A stretch of DNA of 64,000 bases. Source: Trichoplax adhaerens (taxonomy: Eukaryota; Animalia; Placozoa). The notes under the pieces were generated by a model. The model saw only the letters and a list, made by a program, of their open reading frames with translations, had not been told where the DNA came from and did no database searches. Position numbers and translations under genes: made by a program. The first letter of the stretch is position 1. Each line of letters starts with the position of its first letter. Shown here in pieces: positions 41,074 to 53,800 of the stretch. The DNA lies in the NCBI RefSeq assembly GCF_000150275.1, contig NW_002060954.1, positions 1,550,001 through 1,614,000 on the forward strand, in the 5' to 3' direction.

Positions 41074-43512
41074 TTACTGATTAGCATACCCTTTCAATTT
41101 TATAAATTTTGTTAAAGCTAAGTATGCAACATTTTGACGTGCTAGTTTTTTGTTTTTATACGAATTTAGACCCTTAATTGTAATCGTTTTCGAATCGTCC
41201 GATTCTAAATAAACTACACCAAAAAATGAGAGAGTTCCGTCATCCTGTCGCTGCTCTTCGTAACTGTATTTAGCCAATGGTATCCGTAATTTCTGACATA
41301 TCATCATTAGCTGGCTAACATAATTAGTTGCAATGGTTTTACCCACTGAAGATTCTGCCAAATAAACATTAGTGATAACATCACAAGATAAGACACGCAA
41401 AGATATTCCATTGATAAATGTAGCGTAGGAAAGGAGTTAATACATTCATATACAGTATGTATGTACTGTATACTATAAATAGCAAAAGTTGTAATTATTT
41501 GCCTCTTAATTTAAAAATCGTTATACCTTCAAATTCTGATAGATTTAACAGCATTTCCTTAACGTCTTCTTCAAATTTTTTATTTTTTGTTGGTTTCACA
41601 TCTTTTGCATAACTAACCAATATAGAATCATCTAGTATTGCGGGATTTACGCGATTACAGTGAAAATAAAAAGTGTAAATTAGTTATATAGTAATATCTA
41701 TGAGGATAATCATCGCGAAGGTAAAGAAGTTAAGGGATTTTAAATTACCTCGGGGTAAAGGCTTCCGTAGAAATTCCGGTGATGATGCCATAACAACTCG
41801 ATTAACACCTTTATTCTAATTTATATGATAGGAGGTATTTAACAATGTACATGTAGCAGTTATTATAACGTTCTTTATAATAGAATCTTGGATACATAGC
41901 TATTACTACAAAGTCGAAATAGCAAGAACGCAAAATTCTCCAATAAAGTCCTAAACAGAGAGAAGACTCTACTCTGAACACAGCAATGTTCATGTGCAAT
42001 AATAAGGTATCATTTCTAAATTAAGTCTTGCCTTAGTGAAATTCATAATCACTGATGATAATTTCTTGGCATCTTTATTACTAGCAGGAGTCGGTAATAT
42101 TTTATTAGTCTTTCTTCCTTTCGAAGAATATAACTTGTGTTCATACACTACTTTAGGATCATAAATATGTAACGACTCTTGCTTTGGCATTCGCTTTGAT
42201 GATTTCTATTTGAAAAATTACATCATAACAAGCTTAGTAATGTATATATATACAGTGGATTAGAATAGAGTTATTATTCCCTAAGCTGTAATTTCTCTAC
42301 AATATACTCTACTACAGCATACCTACTAGATGGGATAATATTTAATAGGGTACTCTTAGTAAGTTTATATGCATATACCTCTTTATATCTGTTCGGTAAT
42401 TTTATAGTTGCAGTAGAAGTAGGTATGATTTGATCCGAGTCTTGCTCTAATGGCTTGTTGTCATCTTGTGATGGCTGATTATCAGTTACCGATTGGCTAG
42501 TCCTTAATATTTTAGCCCTAGTTTTATATTCCTATTTGTAATGATGATGAGCATTTTTCAAAAATAACATACGAGGACATAATTTCTTGTAAGACTAATA
42601 AATAACTATTCGAACTACCATTAAATAAAATGTTACCATCATCTGTAAGTGCTGATTATTACTATCTATCACGGTAAAAGGAATAATTTAACGGTCTGTA
42701 TTTTTCTTATACTATTCTTGCCACTTCAACGTTTATTCTGGTCTATTACCTCTTTTTCTCCATTTGGTAGTTGTGCCCAAGCGATTCTGACTGAAGATTT
42801 CACTTTAGTAAATTATAGTGGAATAATATCAATTCATTTTACTATTAAGTTCATTGTATCCGTTAAAGTTTAACGTAAATTTTCTATTCTATATATAGTT
42901 CATTGACATTGAAAAACTTGTAATTTCAAGTATTAAAGTGTATTACCAGAAAACAGTCATGTTTCAACAATATTACTAGCATCAAAACATGATCTTATTA
43001 TATGACCTAACATAGTAAAGGTTGATGGTGCCAGACTTACAAAACTACAAAATTTGTATAATATATTATACCTGCATTTTGTTGGTCTCCACTCGCTTTA
43101 AGCTTTGAAAATTTCTCGTTATATTCTTTGATAAAGAGTGTATATGAAGTTCTAATAACAGTAAATACATTTACCTAAATTAAACAGATATGTTTTTGCT
43201 ATTGACCTTCGCGGTAGAGCATTGGTGCACTTCTAATAGCTATTCCGTTTAGGCAAAATACATAGTATATAATTTCATAATGACTTACACTCTCTTCTGT
43301 CGCATGAATTGCTTCGTTAAAATGATTAACGCAGAGCTTATAGAGGAGCCGCTAGGTGAGAATAGACACAATCTAAAGAAAGAAAAATTAGAAATGTTGA
43401 TCAGCTACATGAATCACGCCATTTATATACGTATTACGCCAAATATCAAGCTAGATAGCTATGATATACTACTTGCATACCCTGTTCCTCCAAGTTTTAA
43501 TCTAAATTTCAT
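41074..43512 (-). CDS. Uncharacterised protein with an N-terminal HMG box and a C-terminal double-stranded RNA-binding domain
   Basis: Preferred model: exons 43512-43481, 43372-43289, 43151-43072 and following give MKFRLKLGGTGLCLFSPSGSSISSALIILTKQFMRQKRVTSYTLFIKEY...RIAWAQLPNGEKEEYKTRAK (HMG SYxLF and WxxLxxxEKxxY). The last exon reads NYVSQLMMICQKLRIPLAKYSYE...FFGVV...KKLARQNVAYLAL (dsRBM pattern). The 5' end and middle exons are uncertain. Confidence 0.7.
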
Positions 43513-44089
43513 GTTTAATTTAAATGCAGCTATATACTTGATAGTCTATGCCATTAACAAGGTGCTCGATGCTGGACGCGTCGTTGAAATCAGTTTTACC
43601 TTCTTTGCGTAACTACAGCAGCATTTCATATATCATCAGCAATCTTAGCCTTACTACTGTTACTATCAATATTGCTTATGTTTCTACAAAAAACAAAGAA
43701 TATCGAGGAATAAGTCCTCCTCACTAGTTAGAAATCGACGATTAAGCGTAGAATTATTTGGAATTAAGCTTCACGATGGGAAGATTTCAGTAAGATTTGA
43801 TTAACTTGCAGCTGCTCTTCTCCTAAGCTAAAGCGTGCAGCACTTAATAAGGCACACCGTATAACGTCCGTCAGTACCATCTGGCCTGTTGCAATTGACA
43901 GTATTGACTATGCGCAATGGTGTTAATGGTAAGTGCTAATCTTCATTACGAGCTGTTAGTATGAACTCTAGTTAATAGCATGCACGTACTGTTCACTAAC
44001 CGAAGCAATAGTAGATAGTAGCCAGGTCTCCACAGCATTCATTAATGGAAGGTAGAAAGTTACCAAGCGTCTTTTTAATGAATGCTATC

Positions 44090-44740
44090 TCTATCTACAG
44101 TATATTAGGACCATAGAGATGGAAGAAATTCTTTTCTTAGATATCTCTGATCAGAATATACTACAGAACGGACGGCAAAAACTGTCTTATGTTTACGAAT
44201 ACTTTCTGTAGCTGCGGTGCAGTATATGTTTATGATCATAATACGGCAAAAACTGTCTTATGTTCACGAAATGCTTTCCGTAGCTACGGTACAGTATATG
44301 TTTATGATCATAATACGAGTATACTGTACTACGAAACAGACGGCAGAAACTTATCTTCTTTTGTGAATGGTGCCTGTCTACAGTTTATCGGAACTATAAA
44401 GATAGAAGAAATCCTTATCTTATATCTCTGAACATAATATACTACAAAAGTTGATAGAAACTGTTTTCTTCTTATGGAGTATCTGTCTATAGTTTATCAG
44501 AAGCGTAGAGGTAGAAGAAAACCTTTACTTATATATCTGATCAGAATATGCTACAGAACGGATGCTGTCTATCTACGGTTCCGATATACGAGATTGTTAG
44601 AAGATCTTTTGTTGTGTCCCCATGATCAGGCATACTGCAGAACGCATGGCAGATGGTTGCTGCAAATTGTCTTCTTTTTAAGAATGTTTATCTACAGTAT
44701 ATCAGAACTATAAAGATATAATAAATCCTTTTCCTATGAC
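44090..44740. repeat. Degenerate ~110-bp repeat array with an embedded 71-bp tandem duplication
   Basis: A TCTACAGTWTATC..AGAAGAAAYCCTT..ATATCTSTGATCAGAATATRCTACAGAACGGA-like unit recurs at ~44090, ~44375, ~44485 and partly ~44690. ACGGCAAAAACTGTCTTATGTT..GATCATAAT is duplicated at 44172 and 44243. Confidence 0.75.
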
Positions 44741-45314
44741 CATTATTAGATTTATAGCCATTAATTCGTTCCAGACATATCTATTCTCGTTTTTATTATA
44801 ATCAATTTCGGCCCCACTTTTACAGTCTTCAGTATAAAGCGTACTCTAATACTGTATAACGTTCAATAACTACTTTATTTTTACCGTGAATATAGGTAAT
44901 AAATAGGGCAGTTATTGATTAAGAGCGTATAAGTATCCAAATACTCTAGTACTTACTTGACATAATGCCATAGTCTGAGTTAAATTAAAATTTACTAATT
45001 GATGATTCTTCAGCCAGTAAATACTAATATCATTAACGCCTTAATAGATGATCAGAGAAATTTTATCGTTGTTCATTTAACTTACATATTAATAAATAGC
45101 ATAAGTATTATGAATAAAATAAACAACAAAAAAATGGTAACACATCTCCAATTCAAATATGAGCAAAGAAATATACTGTAAGCGACATGCATAAGCGATT
45201 AAAATATAGACCATGGCTGTACCGTAGCATGGTTTAGCACTAAGGATTGTTAAATTACTCGACAAGAACAGTATGTAAAAATAGAATAGGTGCTGAATTA
45301 AGGGGACGATGGAC

Positions 45315-48175
45315 TTATTTCGAGTTCGGGCTTTTTGTTGGAGAGAATAAAACTTTACCAACATTCTTTCGCTCGTGTATACGACGGAAGGCATCGGTAA
45401 ACTACAGTTTTATGAAATGAAAGAAAATATTATTTGCAGCGGTGTGATTTAACCAGCCTTATAGTACAACTTGATTATAAATACTTCACTACTATAGATT
45501 GTAAAGTACATTTAGTTATCACTTACATCTTCGAAAGCATGAACAGAATCAATTTTCGGTTTAACAATTCCGTCATTATACCATCGAACAATATCAGAAA
45601 AAGCTGGAGGTAAAATTTTTTTGTAGTAGCCAGTAAACAAATGGCCAAGGTGAACTCCACCAACCATCTTGTTATCAGCCATCAGGTCTAATGGACTCCT
45701 TCCGCTCGTGTTCCACCACTAAGGAAATAGTAGAAGAAAAAATTTTAACAATGTAAATGTTACAATTACATTTTTGTGTTAGTTGCTTGCTGCTACGGTT
45801 CAATTTCTATCACTTGAACACAAAATAGTACACGTGATAATTTGATAAAAGTTGAGGCTATAAATTAAAACGTATGCGTAACTTAAAACTAACTTACTAA
45901 CATACCGTTTTGGCTATACTCATCAAACTACGACTCCCACCAGTTACTATATTAGCACTCCCTGCAAATGGGAACACATGTCCGTATGTTATTGTAGTAT
46001 CGCTTTACAACAAAAAAATACTGCCAAGAAAATATTAAAGATTGTGCCGCGGTAAACCAATAATCAGATATATTTACTATTTAGTATAGCCTTACCATAG
46101 ACGATTTGTCTGCCAAAGGTTTTTGTTAAGTCATAATTTCTTTTATTCTCCGTGCCACCTAATGGGTCTAAAACCAGATCAATTCCCTCTGGTTCTAATC
46201 TAAAAATGATAGAGTCATTTTAAGACTGTATTAGTCTACTAGTAAATTGTATATTTAGAATGAGATATTACTAATATCTTTAACTAAAGGAATATACGAA
46301 ATATATTGATTCATTATGTCAATTAAAATTAAGAAATATAAAAGCGTAATACTTTCTTATCTCATTGACATAGTCTTGGGTTCTGTAATCGATTAAATGG
46401 GTATATCCATTTTCTTTTGCGCCTTCATGCTAGTAATAAAAAGTTATTGCATATTACAAATTAATTTTCATAGATAGGCAATTTACATTTTATCATTTAT
46501 TTTATCCATGGGAAAGACTGCGTATTTGTCTGATTTAACAGTAAACTAGCAATACCTTTCCTGCGGAACATGTACCATAAAGCGTAACCTTAGGGACAGT
46601 CCTGCAGAGCTGACCAACAGCATAGCCCTGCATAAGATAATTTTTTATATTAAAGACAATATAATGGTAACTTCAATTTCAAGTAATCTAAGCTAGCAAA
46701 TTATATATTGGTAAAATTGGGTGATATAAAATTTTTGACTTACGACACCGCCTGCAGCCATATGGCATAGAACGCTTTGGCCTTCTTGTAAATTACCAAA
46801 ATTAAAGAGCATGACGTAGGTCGTTAGGTAGTTTACAGGGATAGCAGCCCCTTCTTCGAATGACATACTATCAGGCATTACCACCACTAGATCGGCAGCA
46901 GTAATGGCATATTCACTCCATCCGCCGGATCGACATACACCTATTACTCGAGTTCCAACCTGACAAGTAAAGGCAAGAGATTTCTCCAAATAAATACACT
47001 TTCTAGCCTAATAGAAATTTATCTGCTACTTCATATCAAGAAAATAAAATTTTAAGTATTCTACTACAGATGTAATATCAAGATATCATGATGAATTTAA
47101 GTAACTGTAAATAAATAATGTTTTTCATTTAGTGCATTAAAGTATTCATAAAAGCATATATGACATTACTCTTGATAGATGTCCTACCATTCGCGTAACG
47201 CTCTAATATCAAATTTGTGATACTTACAGCAGGTTCAGTCACGCCTTCACCTAATTTATCAACCACACCAGCAACTTCATACCCTAATACACAAGGCGGC
47301 GTAGGATTAACATCATAAACCCCTTGACATGCCATCAAGTCAGCAAAGTTAATTCCGCTACAATAAAGCGATAATTATATGATAATATAATGAGTTCAGA
47401 GGATATCCGCATGATAACATATCATATAATTATTACAAGGTAATCTAGGCAAGATCTCAAAAGAATTCTGTTAATTAAATAGCAATGTACCAGCACTATT
47501 AGAATGCAAAGCAGGAATTTTTAGCTATCTGAGGGCTTCATCATATTTAGGCATCCACTAAATCTGATAATGGAATGACAGTAGCTCGGTTGCACTATAA
47601 AATTTTAGTATCATGCTAAAAAATGGAGCCTATCCACCTGGTGAACTTATGTTTTTAGTGTACAAGATTCAATAGTATAAAATGCAGTAAATCAATTTAT
47701 GTTATCAATAGGCTAACTAATTAAAATAAATACGCGTATATGCACGCGCTTATAATATAATTAATTATATATTATTAATGGCATTTGAACAAGATAAATT
47801 TTGAATAGAGTGCAGAATTAAACAAAGACCAAACTTTCCAAATACTACCAATTTATAAGTTATTTGCAGGTTATCATTTAATATTAATGATAGTGGATCG
47901 TGTACGCCATCGCTGATTCTAATTATGTACGTGATGATAATGTTGTAAAATGCTCTAATTAGCCAAGATATAGAATTACATATCGTGTACATTACGAAAA
48001 ATGCTGGTAAAATCAAGTCCATTTTTACAGTTTAAGTGTCCACCTACCATGCTTCAACTTTAATTCGAATTTCGTCTTTGGCCGGTGCAGCAAGGGATTT
48101 CTTTTGTACCTGGAGTTTGTTAACACTGCCATAGCCACGTAGCACTAACTGCTTATTTGTTTTCTCTTCAGCCAT
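45315..48175 (-). CDS. VAT1: Synaptic vesicle membrane protein VAT-1 homolog (MDR/quinone-oxidoreductase-like), copy A
   Basis: MAEEKTNKQLVLRGYGSVNKLQV start. Motifs: ACGINFADLM, LGYEVAGVV, EEGAAIPVNYLTTY, HMAAGGVG, IDYRTQDYV, GIDLVLDPLGG. Ends HERKNVGKVLFSPTKSPNSK*. Confidence 0.92.
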
Positions 48176-49283
48176 GATTGAATACGTATAGATTTCACGT
48201 TAACAGTACGCTATAACGTGCTGTAATATAGAGTTGTATGCAATGAGATTAATAGCAATATTTTACTCCCTCATAGCGTAGCTGGTAAGTACAGTTAGTA
48301 GGGTTACAAGTAGGCTTTAAGTAATGGCTAATGTAACAATTTCGAAAAGTTTAATTACATTAAACGTATCAATATTAATTATCGATGAAGAATCAAATGT
48401 ATTATCCAGATTCTACCTATGCAGATAAACAGTTTAGTGCATGTAAATGTGAATGTTTCTTTTCAGGAGTTACTCCATACATGACTATAGTTGTACGTAC
48501 TGTAACTCACCTACAGGATACTACAGTATTGCTATACTGTACGAGTACAGCGCACACACTGGCTACATAGTTAAAAGCTAAAACTATGTTACTGTACCTG
48601 TAACTCATAATGCGAAAAGTTAATTGTAAATGCGTATACAAATGCTGGACCAAACTTCATTTTATTGTTAACGCGAGCAACTAGCTGAACTATTGAAACT
48701 TGCAGCTTAAATATCATTGAAATGTTAAGTACAAAGATGATTTGCTCCAGTACCAACTTCTAAGAGGGTGATATCTGATTTCCTAACTACTGTACTGTAT
48801 ATCCGTCGAGCGGTTTTCATAAACATTGGAATCAGCTGAGTCATAGCCAGGGAGGGCGTATGTCCTTTAGCAAATCGATGACATGTCTAATGATTGCAAA
48901 TGTACTCACTTGCACGCATCTTGTACTTCATACTATGTTACTCCTAATGTAGCTAATATCTATCTATTGACATCAAAATTTCAGATTCAATTTGAATTGA
49001 CACTGTTATTTTACGTCTGTGGCGACGAAATCAACTCCATCTTTAGACAGTCAAACGATTATCAAGAACAGCTTATGCACATTGGCATTTGACATTTATC
49101 CTCATTTTTGCCTAGAATCAATGGTTGCTAGCTTACCTAGGGAAATTTAAAATGGCAACGTTAAGTCCAAGATCGGCAAAAAGGAGAAAATGGAAGACTT
49201 CCACCAGCAAACTTCGCTTTTAAACGCTGCACGATACTTGAGATATTGTACTGTACTGAGTACAGTGTGCAGCTTCAAAAATC

Positions 49284-49337
49284 ACAGTACTGTACAGTAC
49301 AGTACCTACTTTTTTATACTGTACTGTACAGTACTGT
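49284..49337. repeat. Perfect 21-bp inverted repeat of CAGTA units with a 12-nt loop
   Basis: ACAGTACTGTACAGTACAGTA (49284-49304) and TACTGTACTGTACAGTACTGT (49317-49337). Same motif family as the 30.2-31.1 kb satellite. Confidence 0.85.
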
Positions 49338-49846
49338 ACTGTACTGTACTCTCCGAACTCATTTCCGCTCCCGCCCAGATCAGCTGATGAACGGCATGAC
49401 GTTATTCAGAGACGGGAAATCACAGTAGTTTGTTCAGATTTATGGACATTAGAAGAGGAATTTGCATAATTGTAGAGAAAAAAATGGACTCCCAAAAGTC
49501 AAAGTTTATCGGGCAAATAGTCGCCGAGTTGAAGAATTAGTCCTTGCTATGCCTTCAAACAGCGAGAAATGTTGAACTTTTGTACTCGGTTCGATCCAAG
49601 TAAAGATACCGTAGTACACTAATTCATAGTAGATTGTTTATATCCGACCCATGATCATTTCAGTGACTAGAACTGCAATTATGAATGTGCGACCTACTCC
49701 AAACTACAGTAGCGACTGTAAATCAACTTGAATTTGGGTAAAATTGACGTTGATAGGTCCCTGAGTCTTTTGACTATAGACTATATAGAATTTATCCAGA
49801 CGCAAAAGCGCCAATGCCGTACACCACTACAAAAAAGATTGATAAG

Positions 49847-50097
49847 GCTATAATCCTAGCTGGCCAACAATTTTATGGACATTCATTTGAATGGGTAGTT
49901 TACCAGTAGTAATTGATTGTTAAGATGAATTAATATTGTATATTCAATACTCGTATACTTGTACAATAAGCTATAATCCTAGCTGACCAACAGTTTTATG
50001 GACATTCATTTAAGTGGGTAGTTTACTAGTAGTAATTAATTGTGAAGATGCATTAATACAGTATTGCATGATAAATACTCATATACTTGTTCAATAA
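49847..50097. repeat. 123-bp tandem duplication
   Basis: GCTATAATCCTAGCTGRCCAACA.TTTTATGGACATTCATTT... starts at 49847 and at 49970. Both copies end ATACTTGT.CAATAA. Confidence 0.85.
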
Positions 50098-50880
50098 TAC
50101 AGTGTATATTCTTTAGCGAAGTACGATAAACTTTACCATTTGAACACCGTATTACTAACACATTTATTGAATATTTTAAACGTAGTCATTCAAATACACA
50201 AAAGAAATGGAAGATATTGTCAAGACGCCAGCACAGCCACTGTGATATAGTCATCATATATACCCGTATAATATACCAAAGTTTTTATTATTAGCCCACG
50301 CAATAGTTATTAGTTAATTATATTAGACTCAACAAAATAAATGTAATAAACAACACTTTTATGGAATTTATGTCACTAGTGTAAATCCGTACACTCTTAA
50401 ATTAATTTTGCCATATTTTTAGCTCATTAGGCTATGCTAAAGCTCTAATTGAGTACCGAGATTCTCATACGTAATTATTCTTGCTATACGTGTACGGCAA
50501 AATAGTCTGACAAATTGTATAAAGATGATTAACAAAGACAAAATAGTAATTAGTCTATAACAATATTATTTAGTTCCGTGGTGAGATATTTATGTACTAT
50601 TTTTATTATTGTAATAATTGATTTTTTAATCCTACTTCGCTGATGGAGATTACTGCCAAACGCATCATCAGGAATAACTTCGTTTTAGGATTCAGATTTC
50701 ACGGAGATGACTATATCAGAATATATATATACATGCGAATAATACCAGGTTAACATTAAAATGGAAGTTATTACGTAAAAAAATCACAATTTTTAACGAC
50801 ATTATACATAATTATACTACTATATACTGTACAATGTTAGGTCTATCAATCTAACCGATGCAGTCACGGACAGACAATCA

Positions 50881-53800
50881 TCACTGATTCTCATCATTCT
50901 CAGTTTCCTTTGGTGTCTGTATGTTCGCATTTTCATCTTTTTTATCTGAGTCCTCTTCTAATATCTCCTCTGGTTCATCGATTACTGATGCAGCTGCAGA
51001 TGAAATGTTAACGGCGGGTGCTTTACTAGGTGACAATAAAACTTTGCCAATATTTTTACGCTGCATTAGTTGCTGGAAAGCATCTGCATACTAATTTAAT
51101 GATTGAATGAATATGTCAATATTCTAGCGATATAATAGTTCCTCCACTTTGACAGTGATAGATATAATTACACTTTTATTTACTGAATTATGTTAAATGA
51201 TATAAAATAAGTACGGTTAGAAGCTAGAAGCCAAAATTGAATGCTCTTTACACTATTTAACTTACGTCTTCTAAAGCATAGACGGAATCAATATTGGGCT
51301 TAACAACGCCCTCATCGTACCACAGCAAAATATCTTGCATTGCTTTAGTTAGAAATTTTCCATGGTACTTTTGCATGACAGTACTAAAATTAATTCCGCC
51401 AATCGATTTATTTTCCGTTGCTAATTGTATTGGGATTTTATTAGAATTATTCCACCACTAAATAAAACAGGATAAAAGCAATATAAATATTTCGTTGAAA
51501 AATTAAGTACAGTATATTTTATGAGATTGAAGCGAAATTGAAATATAGTAATAAGCTGTAGAGGTATACTTAAGCTTAGAAAAAGCGAGATACAGTACAA
51601 TATTTTTAAGATATTCTTGAGATTTCGAGTGTTCTTATCATTATTTGTATTGACGCAAATATACAGTACTTAACAAGTATTACCATTTTGGCCATTTTCA
51701 TAATACTACGATTTTCACCCGAGATAGATGTTGAAGCACCTAAAAATAAAGAAAGATCTTACAGATTTAGTCTTACTGGTCATTATGTATCGATAGGTGC
51801 ACTATGATCTACGTATTTCTCAACAGCGGTTATTTTTTGCTGATATAAGCTACCACAACTATCTACTCTTTTTTAGATTTCTAGAAGCCCAACCCAATGG
51901 ACATCCCAAGAATCGTACGGTGTTTGCTTATTTTGATTCATTATATGACTAATTCTATTACTGTACTGTAAATTCACTGTATCATAGAAATTCAAATGAG
52001 GAAAGAAAAAGCTATTATACTATTTCCACATGTACACTGGTATTGAAAATTATCAAGGTAAAAATTGTCAAGTAATACTGCCTACAGATAGAATAGAGTT
52101 ATTGTAAAAATTTACTTAGTTCGCTCATCTAAGTATACAATCTTTCATTTCAACAGTTATAAAGTAAACGGTTCTTCTTACCAAATATGATATGTCTACC
52201 AAGAACTGCTGTGAGATCATAATTTCGTTTACTTTCGATGCCACCCAGTGAATCTAAAACCAAATCGATACCATCTGGAGCTAACCTAAAAGATTGCATA
52301 GCATTTTACTACCGTACCAATGTAATAATGATAGTACAGTGTGATACTAATCAATTATCAGTTACAACTTACAATCGAAAACAGTGGGTAATATATGATG
52401 AGAGTATCAGATAATTATCATAATATGGATATAACTGCAATAGGAAATGATGTAACATACTTGCGAATCTCCTGTACGTAATCTTGTGTTCTGTAATCGA
52501 TAACATGAGAATACCCGTTCGCTTTAACTGCTTCATGCTATAGAATCATAGAATTATAACGTTATGTGTTACCAATCCTGATATTTTGTACTTGTTCGTA
52601 TACGAATAATGTTCACATAGAGGCTACTAAAAGATAAGTTTTCAGGTACTGTACCTTAGATGCAGAACTAGTCCCAAAAAGTGTGATATTTGGTATTTTT
52701 TGGCATAATTGTCCAACAGCAAAGCCCTATTTATATATAAGAACAATATCAACGATATAAATTTTGCATCTTTTATCCGAAGTCTAAGGTAAGTGACATA
52801 TTAAAAATGTTTTATGATACCAGTTATAGTACGGATAACCAAATTTTTACTTCGACTAGTTTCTGGTATAAGGTTAATAAGTTATATTTTATGAACTAGA
52901 CTAATTTAATTAAAAATCACATTTTTAAAATTCTATAAAGAATTATATAATAAGAACTGGACAAGTTCAAAACAAGCAATTTTAACACTACTTTTATTGA
53001 TACATACCACACCACCGCCTGCAGAATGGCATAAAACGGTTTGCCCTTCTTGTATTCCGCCAAGTCTAAATAGCAATAAATAAGCGATAACGTAATTCAT
53101 TGGTATCGCAGCTCCTTCTTCAAATGTCATCTGTTCAGGCATGGCAAAAGCTAGATCCGCATCCAAATTAACCCAAGAACTCCAACCTTGATGGTTTATA
53201 CAAATGCCAATGACCCGCATTCCGACCTAACAGAATTATACAATAGATTTACTATTGCAAGTATCGACCGTAATACGTCCTAAATTATGTATTTAGGAAT
53301 ACAAAATATTGATCTGCTGTACAGTAGTTCTTTCACAAAATGAGTTTATGCAATTATTAATACAAACGTTTTCATTATTAGCCAAAAAGAATTGAAATAC
53401 CGTTACATATCTATATCTACCGTAAAATTATTAACTTCTTCGCCGACTGCATCAATAATACCAGCTACTTCACAGCCAAGTACGCAAGGTAACTTTGGAT
53501 GGATGTTACAATAGCCTTGTCGAATCATGATGTCGGAAAAATTAAGACCACTAAAAGACCGTAACATTAGAAAATGGATGTTAACTCATGAATAACAAGG
53601 AATTATCGCTTTTGCTGATTAATTTCTTGTATAGTATAGCAACATTGCTAAATCAAAGTCCACATGCCAAGTATTTACAATATTGGTATTATAACTCTAA
53701 CGAGCTATGGAAGTATGAGAAAGGTTTAATTGAATAATTTCATGTCACTAGTTTCTAATTAAGTATTACCTATAACGGTAGATTATTACCATAATATATC

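Noticed and set aside
42637-42642. Third 6-nt microexon candidate (cag|ATGATG|gtaac) in the HMG box
   Set aside because: HMG spacing W-x2-L-x4-K-x2-Y is already correct without it, and inclusion would disrupt helix 3.
43041-43044. 4-nt exon-like tag|TTTT|gtaagt
   Set aside because: The upstream intron would be only 27 nt and the frame would shift.
43481-43880. Homeodomain-like N-terminus (..YQ|IKTWRNRR) for the HMG-dsRBD gene
   Set aside because: Requires a 36-nt intron and two ~55-nt introns, shorter than typical here, and lacks the WF motif. The ATG-43512 model uses ordinary intron sizes.
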